IMG/VR virus record: IMGVR_UViG_3300030330_002704
Span: 1-40,059 of that record
Source: a virus
Lineage: Duplodnaviria > Caudoviricetes
Length of the DNA: 40,059 bases
Direction: 5' to 3' (one strand)
In this document: in pieces, positions 7,933 through 15,515 of the stretch
Layout of the letters: every line of letters starts with the position of its first letter
Numbering within the stretch: the first letter of the stretch is position 1
Notes under the pieces: model-generated
What the model saw: only the letters and a program-made list of their open reading frames with translations
Told to the model about the DNA's origin: nothing
Databases searched by the model: none
Position numbers and translations under genes: made by a program

Positions 7933-8700
7933 CTAGTTGAGTACGTTATAAAAATCCTGAACGTCTTTCATGTTACGTACAGGAAGGAAGTTAGCGCCGG
8001 GCAGCTCGTAGAGCGCCTCCCCGGCAGCTAAATCTTCCATAAAGCGGCACTTAGTTACCTGTTGTGGATCCTTTGTAAGATCCATGAGGTGGTCTCCCTT
8101 GTCGATGGGTCCGGCCTCTTTGGTGGCAACCTTCATGCGTCCTACAAAATCAAACTGACCAACAATATCTGCTCGGTCATTCTTCGGACACTCTGGTGCA
8201 TAATATCCGGGCAGCCCTTCTACTTCCCCAATCGTTTCGTGGGTAAGTACGAGGACATGTTTGCCAGTCTTTGTAAGATTTCTTAACTCAAGTAAAACTT
8301 CTTTAAGTTGTCTTTTCCTTTCTCCATACATTGGAAGGGTTGCTTGTTTCAGTCCGCAGATACTTCTTAGGAAAGACCAACACATCTCGCTAAGTGTATC
8401 GACAACAACGAGTGCAACATCCTTGTCGTCTCTAATCTCACGTATAGCTTTGGCTAGTGATTGCCCCATCCCAGTAACAGGGTCAGACAAATCATACAGG
8501 TCTACCGTGTTGCATTTGGACTGAGACAATGCGTTGCGAATGCCAACTTCAAAGTCAAAGATCACAGTCTTCTTCTTATCAACTGTCTCTGCAACCTTGG
8601 CCATACGTGCAGCAAAGGTGCTCTTTCCAGCTCCGGGTGGTCCGTAGACCAAGAGCATGTTTCCCTTCTTTGAGTTCTTCCAATCAACAGGCTTAAGCAT
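7933..8700 (-). CDS. Sak4-like AAA_24 ATPase (single-strand annealing recombinase)
   Basis: LLVYGPPGAGKST Walker A, VVVDTLSE Walker B, VLTHE, FDFVGRM; sits between nuclease and SSB; ATG 8700 has RBS GAGGAG. Confidence 0.85.
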   Translation of the reverse strand: MLKPVDWKNSKKGNMLLVYGPPGAGKSTFAARMAKVAETVDKKKTVIFDFEVGIRNALSQSKCNTVDLYDLSDPVTGMGQSLAKAIREIRDDKDVALVVVDTLSEMCWSFLRSICGLKQATLPMYGERKRQLKEVLLELRNLTKTGKHVLVLTHETIGEVEGLPGYYAPECPKNDRADIVGQFDFVGRMKVATKEAGPIDKGDHLMDLTKDPQQVTKCRFMEDLAAGEALYELPGANFLPVRNMKDVQDFYNVLN

Positions 8701-9790
8701 TGTCACTCTCCTCTAGTAAGAAGCCTTTATCTAAGGCGTTAAGATAGAAATACGGTTGAGGTTTATGTCTAAACTTCTCAGCCGCTTTGTTAAGGTACTG
8801 AGTATTGGTTGTCTTATAGTCAGTAATGTAGATGTTCTCGTGCTTATCCATGGTCACAATGTCTGGCTTGCATGTCATCCATGTCTTTGTGCCAGGGAAG
8901 AGAAAGGCCATGCGATCTTCGACAAAGAGGATCTTATCCATGTCGTTGACAGCGAGCCTAAACATCTCAGCTCCAATGTACCAACCCAACCAAATATCAT
9001 TTGCTATGTTCGAGACATCTTCCTTGGGGAAATTGTGCTCTCCTACAATCCTGTCAGCTTCTTCGGAGTAGCGACTACGCAATGCTGATGATGATGTAAG
9101 TTCATGCCAGTAGTCAGAAGGTACTGTCTGAGCTGCAAGTCCTATAGTCTCTGCTGCTAGATGGCAGAATATGCCCTTCATTCTAGAGCTATAGCTTTTG
9201 TAAGACTTAACTACCTTCTTCTTCTCGGCATACTCGAACCACCATTTCCTTTGGCACCGAAGATAGGTTTGAAGTTCTGATGATGTAATAACCCCTCCGG
9301 GCTTGTCTCTCTTCAGTTTCTTCTTTGGTGCTCTGCGATCTGGTCTGTCGATCAGACTGTATGGTCTCAGTCCATCGTAATCGGAGTCAGTAACGCCCCA
9401 CCACGACCCAATGTCGCCTTCGGGATTGGCATGGCACAGATCCAACCAGTCACAGTCTGGATTCCTACATGCGTAGGGATTCCGTCCTGGAACATCATTG
9501 TGTTTTCGCATTGATCGAGTTGCCCAAGCCAGCTCACTGGCAATTGCTTCAGCATCGAGCTTGTGTACGGGAAAGTCCATCCTATACGTCCAAGCATGCT
9601 GGTCTCGTAATCTAAAGTGTTCAAGTGTTCCCTCGTCAGGCTCCTGTTCCTTCTCAGAGCAGGCTTCTAGGTATGCAGCAGCAGTTATATCCTGCCTCTT
9701 GTCAGAGCTAACCACATCTTTGTTAGCACCTACAAGTTTAGGACTCTTTGGCATTACCGGTCGTGCTAATACATATCTAATATAGTACAT
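8693..9790 (-). CDS. PD-(D/E)XK RecB/AddB/Cas4-like nuclease, apparently circularly permuted
   Basis: TSSELQTYLRCQRKWW, GIFCH, VEDR, KPDIV, TDYKT, QPYFY; three-Cys motif RNPYACRNPDCDWLDLC near the N-terminus; ATG 9790 with RBS AAGGAGG. Confidence 0.85.
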   Translation of the reverse strand: MYYIRYVLARPVMPKSPKLVGANKDVVSSDKRQDITAAAYLEACSEKEQEPDEGTLEHFRLRDQHAWTYRMDFPVHKLDAEAIASELAWATRSMRKHNDVPGRNPYACRNPDCDWLDLCHANPEGDIGSWWGVTDSDYDGLRPYSLIDRPDRRAPKKKLKRDKPGGVITSSELQTYLRCQRKWWFEYAEKKKVVKSYKSYSSRMKGIFCHLAAETIGLAAQTVPSDYWHELTSSSALRSRYSEEADRIVGEHNFPKEDVSNIANDIWLGWYIGAEMFRLAVNDMDKILFVEDRMAFLFPGTKTWMTCKPDIVTMDKHENIYITDYKTTNTQYLNKAAEKFRHKPQPYFYLNALDKGFLLEESDNA

Positions 9791-9854
9791 GAACCCCTCC
9801 TTTCTTCCGGCCTGCATACATACCATGTTGTTTTTCTGAGAAAAGTATAAAAGT

Positions 9855-9885
9855 AAAAAGCCAGGCCTTTTCAAGGGCCTGGCTT
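9855..9885 (-). terminator. Intrinsic terminator
   Basis: Minus strand GCCAGGCC-CTTGAAAA-GGCCTGGC followed by TTTTT. Confidence 0.8.
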
Positions 9886-9919
9886 GTTGCGTTGGTTTCT
9901 GTATAAATCCTGCCTAGTA

Positions 9920-10675
9920 TTATGTTAGCCAATCCTTCTGATCCATGAACCAGTCATGGGCGTTACAGTATCGTTGGATAGCGAGAGAAGGGGATCCTTT
10001 CTTAAGTCCCCAGGTTGCTGCGTTATAGAGAGACCAAGCGGTACGTGGTTTGAACACATCGTAGATAGGTTCTCTCCAGTCCGCTGTGGCCGACGACATC
10101 TGTACGGGAGTCAGCAGTTTGTGCCCAAACATGCGTCCGAGGAACTCATAGCCTTGTTCATGTTCAATCTCTACATCGCACAGTTCGGCTTTGGCTTCCT
10201 TCATAGTAACGAACTGCCCTTGCAGTTCAGGCAAGTTTGTCCACAACATGTAGTCAAACTCCCGTAAGACATTCTTAGTATGACGCTTCATGAACTTCAC
10301 AGCGTCAGAGGTCATCATCATATTGTCGCAGATAAAGACCTTAGCTCCTCCCACAATACCGACAGACATGCTCTTGTCGTAGCTATTGCGAAAGCCAATG
10401 CTAAGATCGATGTCATCCTCAACAATCTCAGCGTCAATAACATCACAGCTATGCTTCTTCAGGGTCATTAGTCCAAAGAGCTGCTGTCCTTCACGGGCCA
10501 AGCCATACTGCTTATCAGCTATGTAGTACTGAGGCAGGTGGTGCTTTAGCTGCTGATCGATTGTGTCAATCAAATCACCATGAGGCATTGGGGTATAGGA
10601 CCTGGTTGTTTCAGGCACTGGCACCATTCTTACATCCATCTCAGTGGATGGATTCTTCGTACATAAGATTCCCAT
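9920..10675 (-). CDS. DUF932/DUF945-family protein
   Basis: TRSYTPMPHGDLI, GFRNSYDKS, VFICDNMM, RHT, TAWSLYNAATW pattern. Confidence 0.8.
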   Translation of the reverse strand: MGILCTKNPSTEMDVRMVPVPETTRSYTPMPHGDLIDTIDQQLKHHLPQYYIADKQYGLAREGQQLFGLMTLKKHSCDVIDAEIVEDDIDLSIGFRNSYDKSMSVGIVGGAKVFICDNMMMTSDAVKFMKRHTKNVLREFDYMLWTNLPELQGQFVTMKEAKAELCDVEIEHEQGYEFLGRMFGHKLLTPVQMSSATADWREPIYDVFKPRTAWSLYNAATWGLKKGSPSLAIQRYCNAHDWFMDQKDWLT

Positions 10676-10941
10676 TAGTATGCCCCTCCTTCTGGCATTG
10701 TGGCTGGCCGGTCATCTGGCTCTACAATGTAATCGATGTCTTCATGTTCAGTTTCGACTTCCATAATAGTAACTGAGTCTCGTCCCGCTTCGTGTGACTC
10801 AAAGTCGATTCGTGCTGAGCTGATCAAGTTGTTCGTTGTTTCAGGGTCAAGAAGGTCGGGTACATCGTATTCGCATACGTCTACATTTCTGTAGTGGACA
10901 AGTACCGTGTACTTTACTGTTACGTTTGCTTTGTTAGCCAA
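10675..10941 (-). CDS. Hypothetical acidic early protein
   Basis: TTG start with RBS GGAGG; TAATG-coupled to DUF932 gene. Confidence 0.7.
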   Translation of the reverse strand: MANKANVTVKYTVLVHYRNVDVCEYDVPDLLDPETTNNLISSARIDFESHEAGRDSVTIMEVETEHEDIDYIVEPDDRPATMPEGGAY

Positions 10942-11233
10942 GATAACTTTCCTCCATAGCTGCGGTTACATTCTTTTTTATATTGCTAAGGGCTCGTCTT
11001 AATTCATTGCGGTCATCTAATACATCTTCGTACTTCTCCTGCATTCTTCGTTCTGCTTTACGGAGAGCTGCAACACTGGCTCGCAATCTCTTTACGGTAT
11101 CTTCTAAGTCACCGATCTTATGAATCCTGTGTGCTGCCTTCTTTTGTAGCTTCTTGTGATTAGACTGAAGCGCTTTGAGTGCTGCCTCAGTTTCTTTTCG
11201 CTTACGACATTCAGTGCACGGTATACGACTCAT
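10934..11233 (-). CDS. Hypothetical coiled-coil protein with N-terminal CxxC
   Basis: CTEC followed by heptad-like K/E/R/L sequence; overlaps both neighbours. Confidence 0.7.
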   Translation of the reverse strand: MSRIPCTECRKRKETEAALKALQSNHKKLQKKAAHRIHKIGDLEDTVKRLRASVAALRKAERRMQEKYEDVLDDRNELRRALSNIKKNVTAAMEESYLG

Positions 11234-11486
11234 CGTTGGCCGGCCTTCCTACTTTATCCATTGCCATCTCAAGGCTCCTGAGAAACTCAAGACCTAACGT
11301 GGCAGACATTTCTTTAACCTGAGTCTCAACATAAGGAACATTATGCTTGCTTAGTTCGTCCTTGATAATGTCTTCAACCATACTCATCACTGTTGCTGGG
11401 TCGGTTTGGTTAACCATTCCCTGGAAGAAGACATCCAGTGTTCTGTCAGACATGCTATTGATAAGTTCGATAGGCGGTATCATCAT
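11211..11486 (-). CDS. Hypothetical protein
   Basis: ATG 11486 with RBS GAGGA preferred over GTG 11516. Confidence 0.65.
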   Translation of the reverse strand: MMIPPIELINSMSDRTLDVFFQGMVNQTDPATVMSMVEDIIKDELSKHNVPYVETQVKEMSATLGLEFLRSLEMAMDKVGRPANDESYTVH

Positions 11487-11488
11487 GA

Positions 11489-11725
11489 TTAAGTCCTCGT
11501 CCCTGTAAGCATACACCCGGCTCCGACAATTCGAGCCGTTAGTTCATCTACACGCTTTTCAAGCGCATCGATTCTTTTGTTAATATGAATGTGCTCGCTT
11601 GGAGTTGTGTTTTCTATTAGCTCATTGAACTCTTCGCTGAGCACTTCTGAGATCTCAGTGCGTAGCTGGTGCATATCTAGGGACACGTCGATAGATGCTG
11701 TGTCTACTTGTGCGGTGATACTCAT
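11489..11725 (-). CDS. Hypothetical protein with short coiled coil
   Basis: RBS GAGGAG; ATGA coupling. Confidence 0.7.
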   Translation of the reverse strand: MSITAQVDTASIDVSLDMHQLRTEISEVLSEEFNELIENTTPSEHIHINKRIDALEKRVDELTARIVGAGCMLTGTRT

Positions 11726-12078
11726 GATGCTTTCTCCTCTTTCTTTCTGTGCTTGATGAATTCCAGAAGTTTATCCGAGATCATCTGTGCCTCCTCGGTG
11801 CTCAGGTAAAGATGTACAGTATTCTCTGTAATGCTAAATGATGGCGGCCTCTGGCCGTAACCATACCCAGATACTTTAAGTACCGTTGCACGGCATTCTC
11901 GTGCGTGTATGGACGACTTCTCAAGCCCGAAGACACGTATGTCTGATGGTGGTTCTGCGTGATTCATTCTGAAGTACTCCTCTTCTTGTTCTTGGTGAGC
12001 CATTGCGAGTGCAGCTTGATCCCAGTCATGCTCTTCTCCCGTGTAAACCATTCTGAAAATCTCATCTTCTCTAGTCAT
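11722..12078 (-). CDS. Hypothetical protein (MTREDEIFR...)
   Basis: ATG 12078 with RBS GGAG; the upstream extension in the track crosses a terminator. Confidence 0.7.
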   Translation of the reverse strand: MTREDEIFRMVYTGEEHDWDQAALAMAHQEQEEEYFRMNHAEPPSDIRVFGLEKSSIHARECRATVLKVSGYGYGQRPPSFSITENTVHLYLSTEEAQMISDKLLEFIKHRKKEEKAS

Positions 12079-12085
12079 TGCTTTA

Positions 12086-12240
12086 GCTCCATGGCGTGAG
12101 GGCGAAGCCCGAGCCACGCCAAGGAGCCACAGGGCTACTGTGTTACGTGAACGTTCAACAGCAAGCTGTTGCATGTGACATGTGAGAGGTAAGTCATGAT
12201 AGTGACGCAGGACTCGTAACGGATACGGGACTCTTTGTTC
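12086..12240 (+). ncRNA. Candidate structured antisense RNA or ssDNA hairpin element
   Basis: Five or more adjacent stems in a non-coding gap; G-U pairs in three stems form only on the plus strand. Confidence 0.4.
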
Positions 12241-12246
12241 CGGGCT

Positions 12247-12279
12247 AAAAAATAAAGCAACCGGGACGAGCCCGGTTAC
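12247..12279 (-). terminator. Intrinsic terminator
   Basis: Minus strand GTAACCGGG-CTCGT-CCCGGTTGC followed by TTTATTTTTT. Confidence 0.75.
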
Positions 12280-12292
12280 TGTAGTAACTGTC

Positions 12293-12334
12293 CCAGTTAC
12301 CTTTAACCCCTCACCGGGGTTAAAGGTTAACTGG
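12293..12334. repeat. Long inverted repeat
   Basis: CCAGTT-ACCTTTAACCCC-TCACC-GGGGTTAAAGGT-T-AACTGG (12-bp perfect core plus 6 bp after a bulge). Confidence 0.85.
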
Positions 12335-12544
12335 TTACTTGTCAACTGTACTCTGTGAGAAGGTAGGTGATACGATCTCATACTGTATAACTCTCTGTTG
12401 TACCTTGTATGGTGTGTCGATCGGATAGTCTTTGAGATTGTCATTGATCATACCTTCTACGTCAGATGCTTTGGTTGTTACGTCTACTTGTAACCATCCA
12501 GCTTCGGTCTTAACGAGTAATGCTATTTCTCTTCTGTTCTTCAA
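12335..12544 (-). CDS. Hypothetical protein
   Basis: TTG start overlapping upstream TGA; RBS AAGGGAG. Confidence 0.65.
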   Translation of the reverse strand: MKNRREIALLVKTEAGWLQVDVTTKASDVEGMINDNLKDYPIDTPYKVQQRVIQYEIVSPTFSQSTVDK

Positions 12545-12741
12545 TTCATACTCCCTTCTTTCAGGATCTTGGTTATCTGTGCCCTTGCATTGAGTTCAGC
12601 CATGAACAGTGAGATCTTCACGTCAGGGTCTTTGGTCCTTTGACGCCTGTTCTTTAACGATCTTTCGGCAGCATCTAGAATGATAAGCATAGTATCTGTT
12701 GGAATGTCCTGAATTTCTGCGACTCTTATCTTGTTATCCAT
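12541..12741 (-). CDS. Hypothetical protein
   Basis: RBS AAGGA; 66 aa. Confidence 0.7.
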   Translation of the reverse strand: MDNKIRVAEIQDIPTDTMLIILDAAERSLKNRRQRTKDPDVKISLFMAELNARAQITKILKEGSMN

Positions 12742-12751
12742 GTTCTTATCC

Positions 12752-13198
12752 TTAGTTAGAGAGTACCTGTAGGTACCCAGTGATGATGTTCTCGGGAGTT
12801 ACTCCGTGGTTAACCATGTCTTCGATCTTCGCCATTTCTTCACTAATGACTCGTGAGTGCATCTGTCTGGCCTTTTCATAGTCAGCCTCCAGCTCCCCAG
12901 GTAACTCGTCCTTGTGTAAACGGCACCATACTTCGATGTGTGGGCTATCGTAACCATCTTCATCGTATCCGTTAGGAACCATTAGAGCAGTCTCGTATAT
13001 GGCGTCATGGATACCGATAGCACGTTGCTTGTGTCTGATTCGCCAGTCACCGAAGGTTGAGACTCTCAGTACTTCTTTACCTTTAGCGTAGATAATAGCT
13101 TGTACTCTTAGTCCGTCATAGAATCCTTCCTTACGTGCTTGGATGTCATCTTCGTGACTAGCTTCGAACTCGATATGCTTTACTGTTACGTTACTCAT
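12752..13198 (-). CDS. Hypothetical protein
   Basis: ATG 13198 with RBS AGGAG preferred over 13219. Confidence 0.7.
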   Translation of the reverse strand: MSNVTVKHIEFEASHEDDIQARKEGFYDGLRVQAIIYAKGKEVLRVSTFGDWRIRHKQRAIGIHDAIYETALMVPNGYDEDGYDSPHIEVWCRLHKDELPGELEADYEKARQMHSRVISEEMAKIEDMVNHGVTPENIITGYLQVLSN

Positions 13199-13200
13199 TG

Positions 13201-13761
13201 TCACACTCCTGTCTTCCATGTGCGGTTATAAATATGAATCCACATTCCAGTCATTGGGATGTAGCTGTAGATTGGTTCTGCATGCCTGACCTTACTGATG
13301 TTACTGTAACCATCCCGAATCATGTCTAAGTGAATAAGCATGTTGTGCACCTGCTTATCCTTCTCCGATGCCGTACGTTCGTGCCATCGATCAAAGCGCC
13401 GCATAACGCAGTCTCGACACGCTGGTACGTGTTCTTCTGTGACCATGTAGAGGTTAGGCCATCTGCCCTCTACCCAGTGAGTTACTTCCGGTATGATGTG
13501 ACCGTCAGCAGCTAACTGTTCGTACTTCTCTAGTGACTTACGAGTCAGTCGTTCCTTGACCTGTTTGTAGTAGCCAGGCTCCGTGTCAGGATCGATAGGA
13601 ACTGAGCAGTGTTGGCATGTGTCAGGTGTGCCAAGGTCATGGTTGCTTAGCTCGTCCGAGTGTCGCTGATCCATGATGCGCTGTACATGTACAGATTCTG
13701 CATATTCATGTTCTAGAATAGAAGTTTGAGATTGAGAGATGAATTCCGATAGTCCTAGCAT
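13201..13761 (-). CDS. Hypothetical protein with two CxxC pairs (possible Zn site)
   Basis: CQHC ... CRDC; RBS AAAGGA. Confidence 0.7.
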   Translation of the reverse strand: MLGLSEFISQSQTSILEHEYAESVHVQRIMDQRHSDELSNHDLGTPDTCQHCSVPIDPDTEPGYYKQVKERLTRKSLEKYEQLAADGHIIPEVTHWVEGRWPNLYMVTEEHVPACRDCVMRRFDRWHERTASEKDKQVHNMLIHLDMIRDGYSNISKVRHAEPIYSYIPMTGMWIHIYNRTWKTGV

Positions 13762-13815
13762 TGCGTTGTCCTTTCGTCGCAGGGCTGCTGTGTGACCGTG
13801 ATACGTGATAGTAAT

Positions 13816-13856
13816 AAAAGAAAAGAATCCAGGACCCCCGAAGGGGTCCCGAATCC
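13816..13856 (-). terminator. Intrinsic terminator with cUUCGg tetraloop
   Basis: Minus strand GGATTC-GGGACCCC-TTCG-GGGGTCCT-GGATTC (14 bp including G-U) then TTTTCTTTT. Confidence 0.9.
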
Positions 13857-13863
13857 TTAATCC

Positions 13864-14235
13864 TTAAGATCGAGTTGCGATCATCTGGAAGTACTTCTTA
13901 CCAGTGACCTTGCCTCGCCTGACTCGGATCCGAAGGTGCACGCCTTCCGGTACCACCGACGTGTCGGTGATAGTGTATTGGTCCTCCGAGATGTACGCAG
14001 TACCGTACTCCTGACTGCCTTCGAACTCCGTTACGAAGTTAATGCGAATGCCGTATGCACTGCGCCAGCAGATGTGATTATCGCCTGCCATGATAGATTC
14101 AGCGTCGAAGGTATAACCTTCCTTCATGCGCTCGATCAGTTCCTTTTTTCTGAACTGAGAGAAGAAGGAGTTAGACATAGATCTAACTTCTGCTTCGATA
14201 ACTTCTTTGACTTCCTGGTCTGTGACTTTAGCCAT
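13864..14235 (-). CDS. Hypothetical protein, first gene of the minus arm
   Basis: ATG 14235 (MAKVTDQEV) with RBS AAAGG; followed by its own terminator. Confidence 0.7.
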   Translation of the reverse strand: MAKVTDQEVKEVIEAEVRSMSNSFFSQFRKKELIERMKEGYTFDAESIMAGDNHICWRSAYGIRINFVTEFEGSQEYGTAYISEDQYTITDTSVVPEGVHLRIRVRRGKVTGKKYFQMIATRS

Positions 14236-14431
14236 GATAGTGGCCTTTCTGTGCAACTGCACAATAGAGATTGAATCCCCAAGGGGGACACCCCAGCACC
14301 CCCAGGGGATCTACTCCCTCCAAAAGACTGTCGACTCCCCGCTACTATCAGCGGCCCTCCTGTTGCTCTTGCGGGAAACCCCTAATGAGTGTAATTTTCT
14401 GCGGCACAAAAAAACGCCTAAAGGACACCTG
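14236..14431. promoter_or_regulatory. Divergent control region; candidate packaging-initiation/genome-end region
   Basis: Only divergent strand switch; C/G runs and short inverted repeats; upstream of TerS. Confidence 0.5.
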
Positions 14432-15139
14432 ATGAGTAAGAAGTACTCCGACACTGAGAATCACAAGCCCGTACTGGGAGCCTTCCTACTGGAGGGCTTG
14501 TTTGCTGAACTGATGGTTCAGGTGAAGAGTTCTCTGGACTGCTGTGTCGAGCCGCTACTCTCTGCGACTGAGTTAACGCTGGAGCAGAACATCGTAGTCG
14601 TTGCTAACGTTGCTAAGGGCGAGGTTGCCCAGGTTGTAGACATTCTCCAGAACCACAGCGAGGCGAGCCTGAACAAGAAGCACCGCTACTTCGTTCGGCG
14701 CCTCCGACAGTTCCACAGCGACATCAAGGATCTAAACGTCACTATAGAGCACCACAACAGCCTGAAGCTGTTCTTGAAGTTAGTTACGATGTGGTTGCAG
14801 GACAGCCATATTATTATGGACGAAGAAACATCTAAGCCGGTTAGGGAATATGTCGGCTCTAAGGGTAATTTTTATGACAAAACGGCGAAAGAACATTCTC
14901 TCTACATCATCCCAGGCGGAAGAGGAGATGGTGAAGAAGGAGGCTCCGAGGGGAATGGTGTCACTGGGGGAAAGGTTGCCGAGGGGGCCGAGGGGGACAG
15001 CAAGCCCGGAGCTGATGGCAGTAGTAAGAGCGGAGTGGGAAAGCGGGTCAACGGTCGGAAGCCTGGCCGAAAAGCACAACTTAAGCTCGCGAACGATTCA
15101 TCGTTGGAAGACGAAAGAGAAGTGGAAGAAGGATCCTGA
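14432..15139 (+). CDS. Hypothetical protein, first gene of the plus arm
   Basis: ATG 14432 with RBS AAAGGA; helical core plus Gly-rich tail overlapping TerS. Confidence 0.7.
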   Translation: MSKKYSDTENHKPVLGAFLLEGLFAELMVQVKSSLDCCVEPLLSATELTLEQNIVVVANVAKGEVAQVVDILQNHSEASLNKKHRYFVRRLRQFHSDIKDLNVTIEHHNSLKLFLKLVTMWLQDSHIIMDEETSKPVREYVGSKGNFYDKTAKEHSLYIIPGGRGDGEEGGSEGNGVTGGKVAEGAEGDSKPGADGSSKSGVGKRVNGRKPGRKAQLKLANDSSLEDEREVEEGS

Positions 15140-15515
15140 ACAGCTTAAGGATTACGTCCTGGAGAAAGCGAGGGCGGTTGTACAGGCTAAAGTCGCTGAA
15201 GCGTCTGAGGAGGCGGAGGCGGCGATTGAGTTAGTCGTAGCCCGTCAGAAAGCCACAAGCGCCACCCTGGCCGAAATGCTCCAAGAAGCTATGTGCAAGG
15301 CCCTTGCGTACCCTCATGAGGACTCTTTCCGTCAGTTGTTAATTATCAAGGTTGCGACCGAGGTAGCTAGAAATATTCAGATGATGGATAGAAAAACGTG
15401 GGGCTTAGATGATAAGAGCAACACGAAGACTACTGCTCTCTATGAGGTTTTGAACAACATGGAAGAGACTGTAGAGCGCAAGGCTATTAAGGTCGAAGAG
15501 ACTTACGGAGAGTAA
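14928..15515 (+). CDS. Terminase small subunit (start uncertain, 14928 or 14955)
   Basis: HTH VRAEWESGSTVGSLAEKHNLSSRTIHRWKTKEKW followed by helical region and RKTWGLD; upstream of TerL. Confidence 0.7.
   Translation: MVKKEAPRGMVSLGERLPRGPRGTASPELMAVVRAEWESGSTVGSLAEKHNLSSRTIHRWKTKEKWKKDPEQLKDYVLEKARAVVQAKVAEASEEAEAAIELVVARQKATSATLAEMLQEAMCKALAYPHEDSFRQLLIIKVATEVARNIQMMDRKTWGLDDKSNTKTTALYEVLNNMEETVERKAIKVEETYGE

Noticed and set aside
9791-9874. N-terminal extension of the nuclease ORF
   Set aside because: Starts inside a terminator; AAGGAGG supports ATG 9790
12079-12444. N-terminal 122 aa of the track's 240-aa ORF 11722-12444
   Set aside because: Runs through hairpins and a terminator and overlaps another gene; a good RBS sits at ATG 12078
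12197-14351. ACTATCA motif in several intergenic regions as a phage promoter
   Set aside because: Only 7 bp, also occurs within coding sequence (e.g. near 4843 and 13968), and has no consistent flanks
14207-14431. N-terminal extension of the 310-aa ORF
   Set aside because: Crosses the divergent control region; RBS-supported ATG is at 14432
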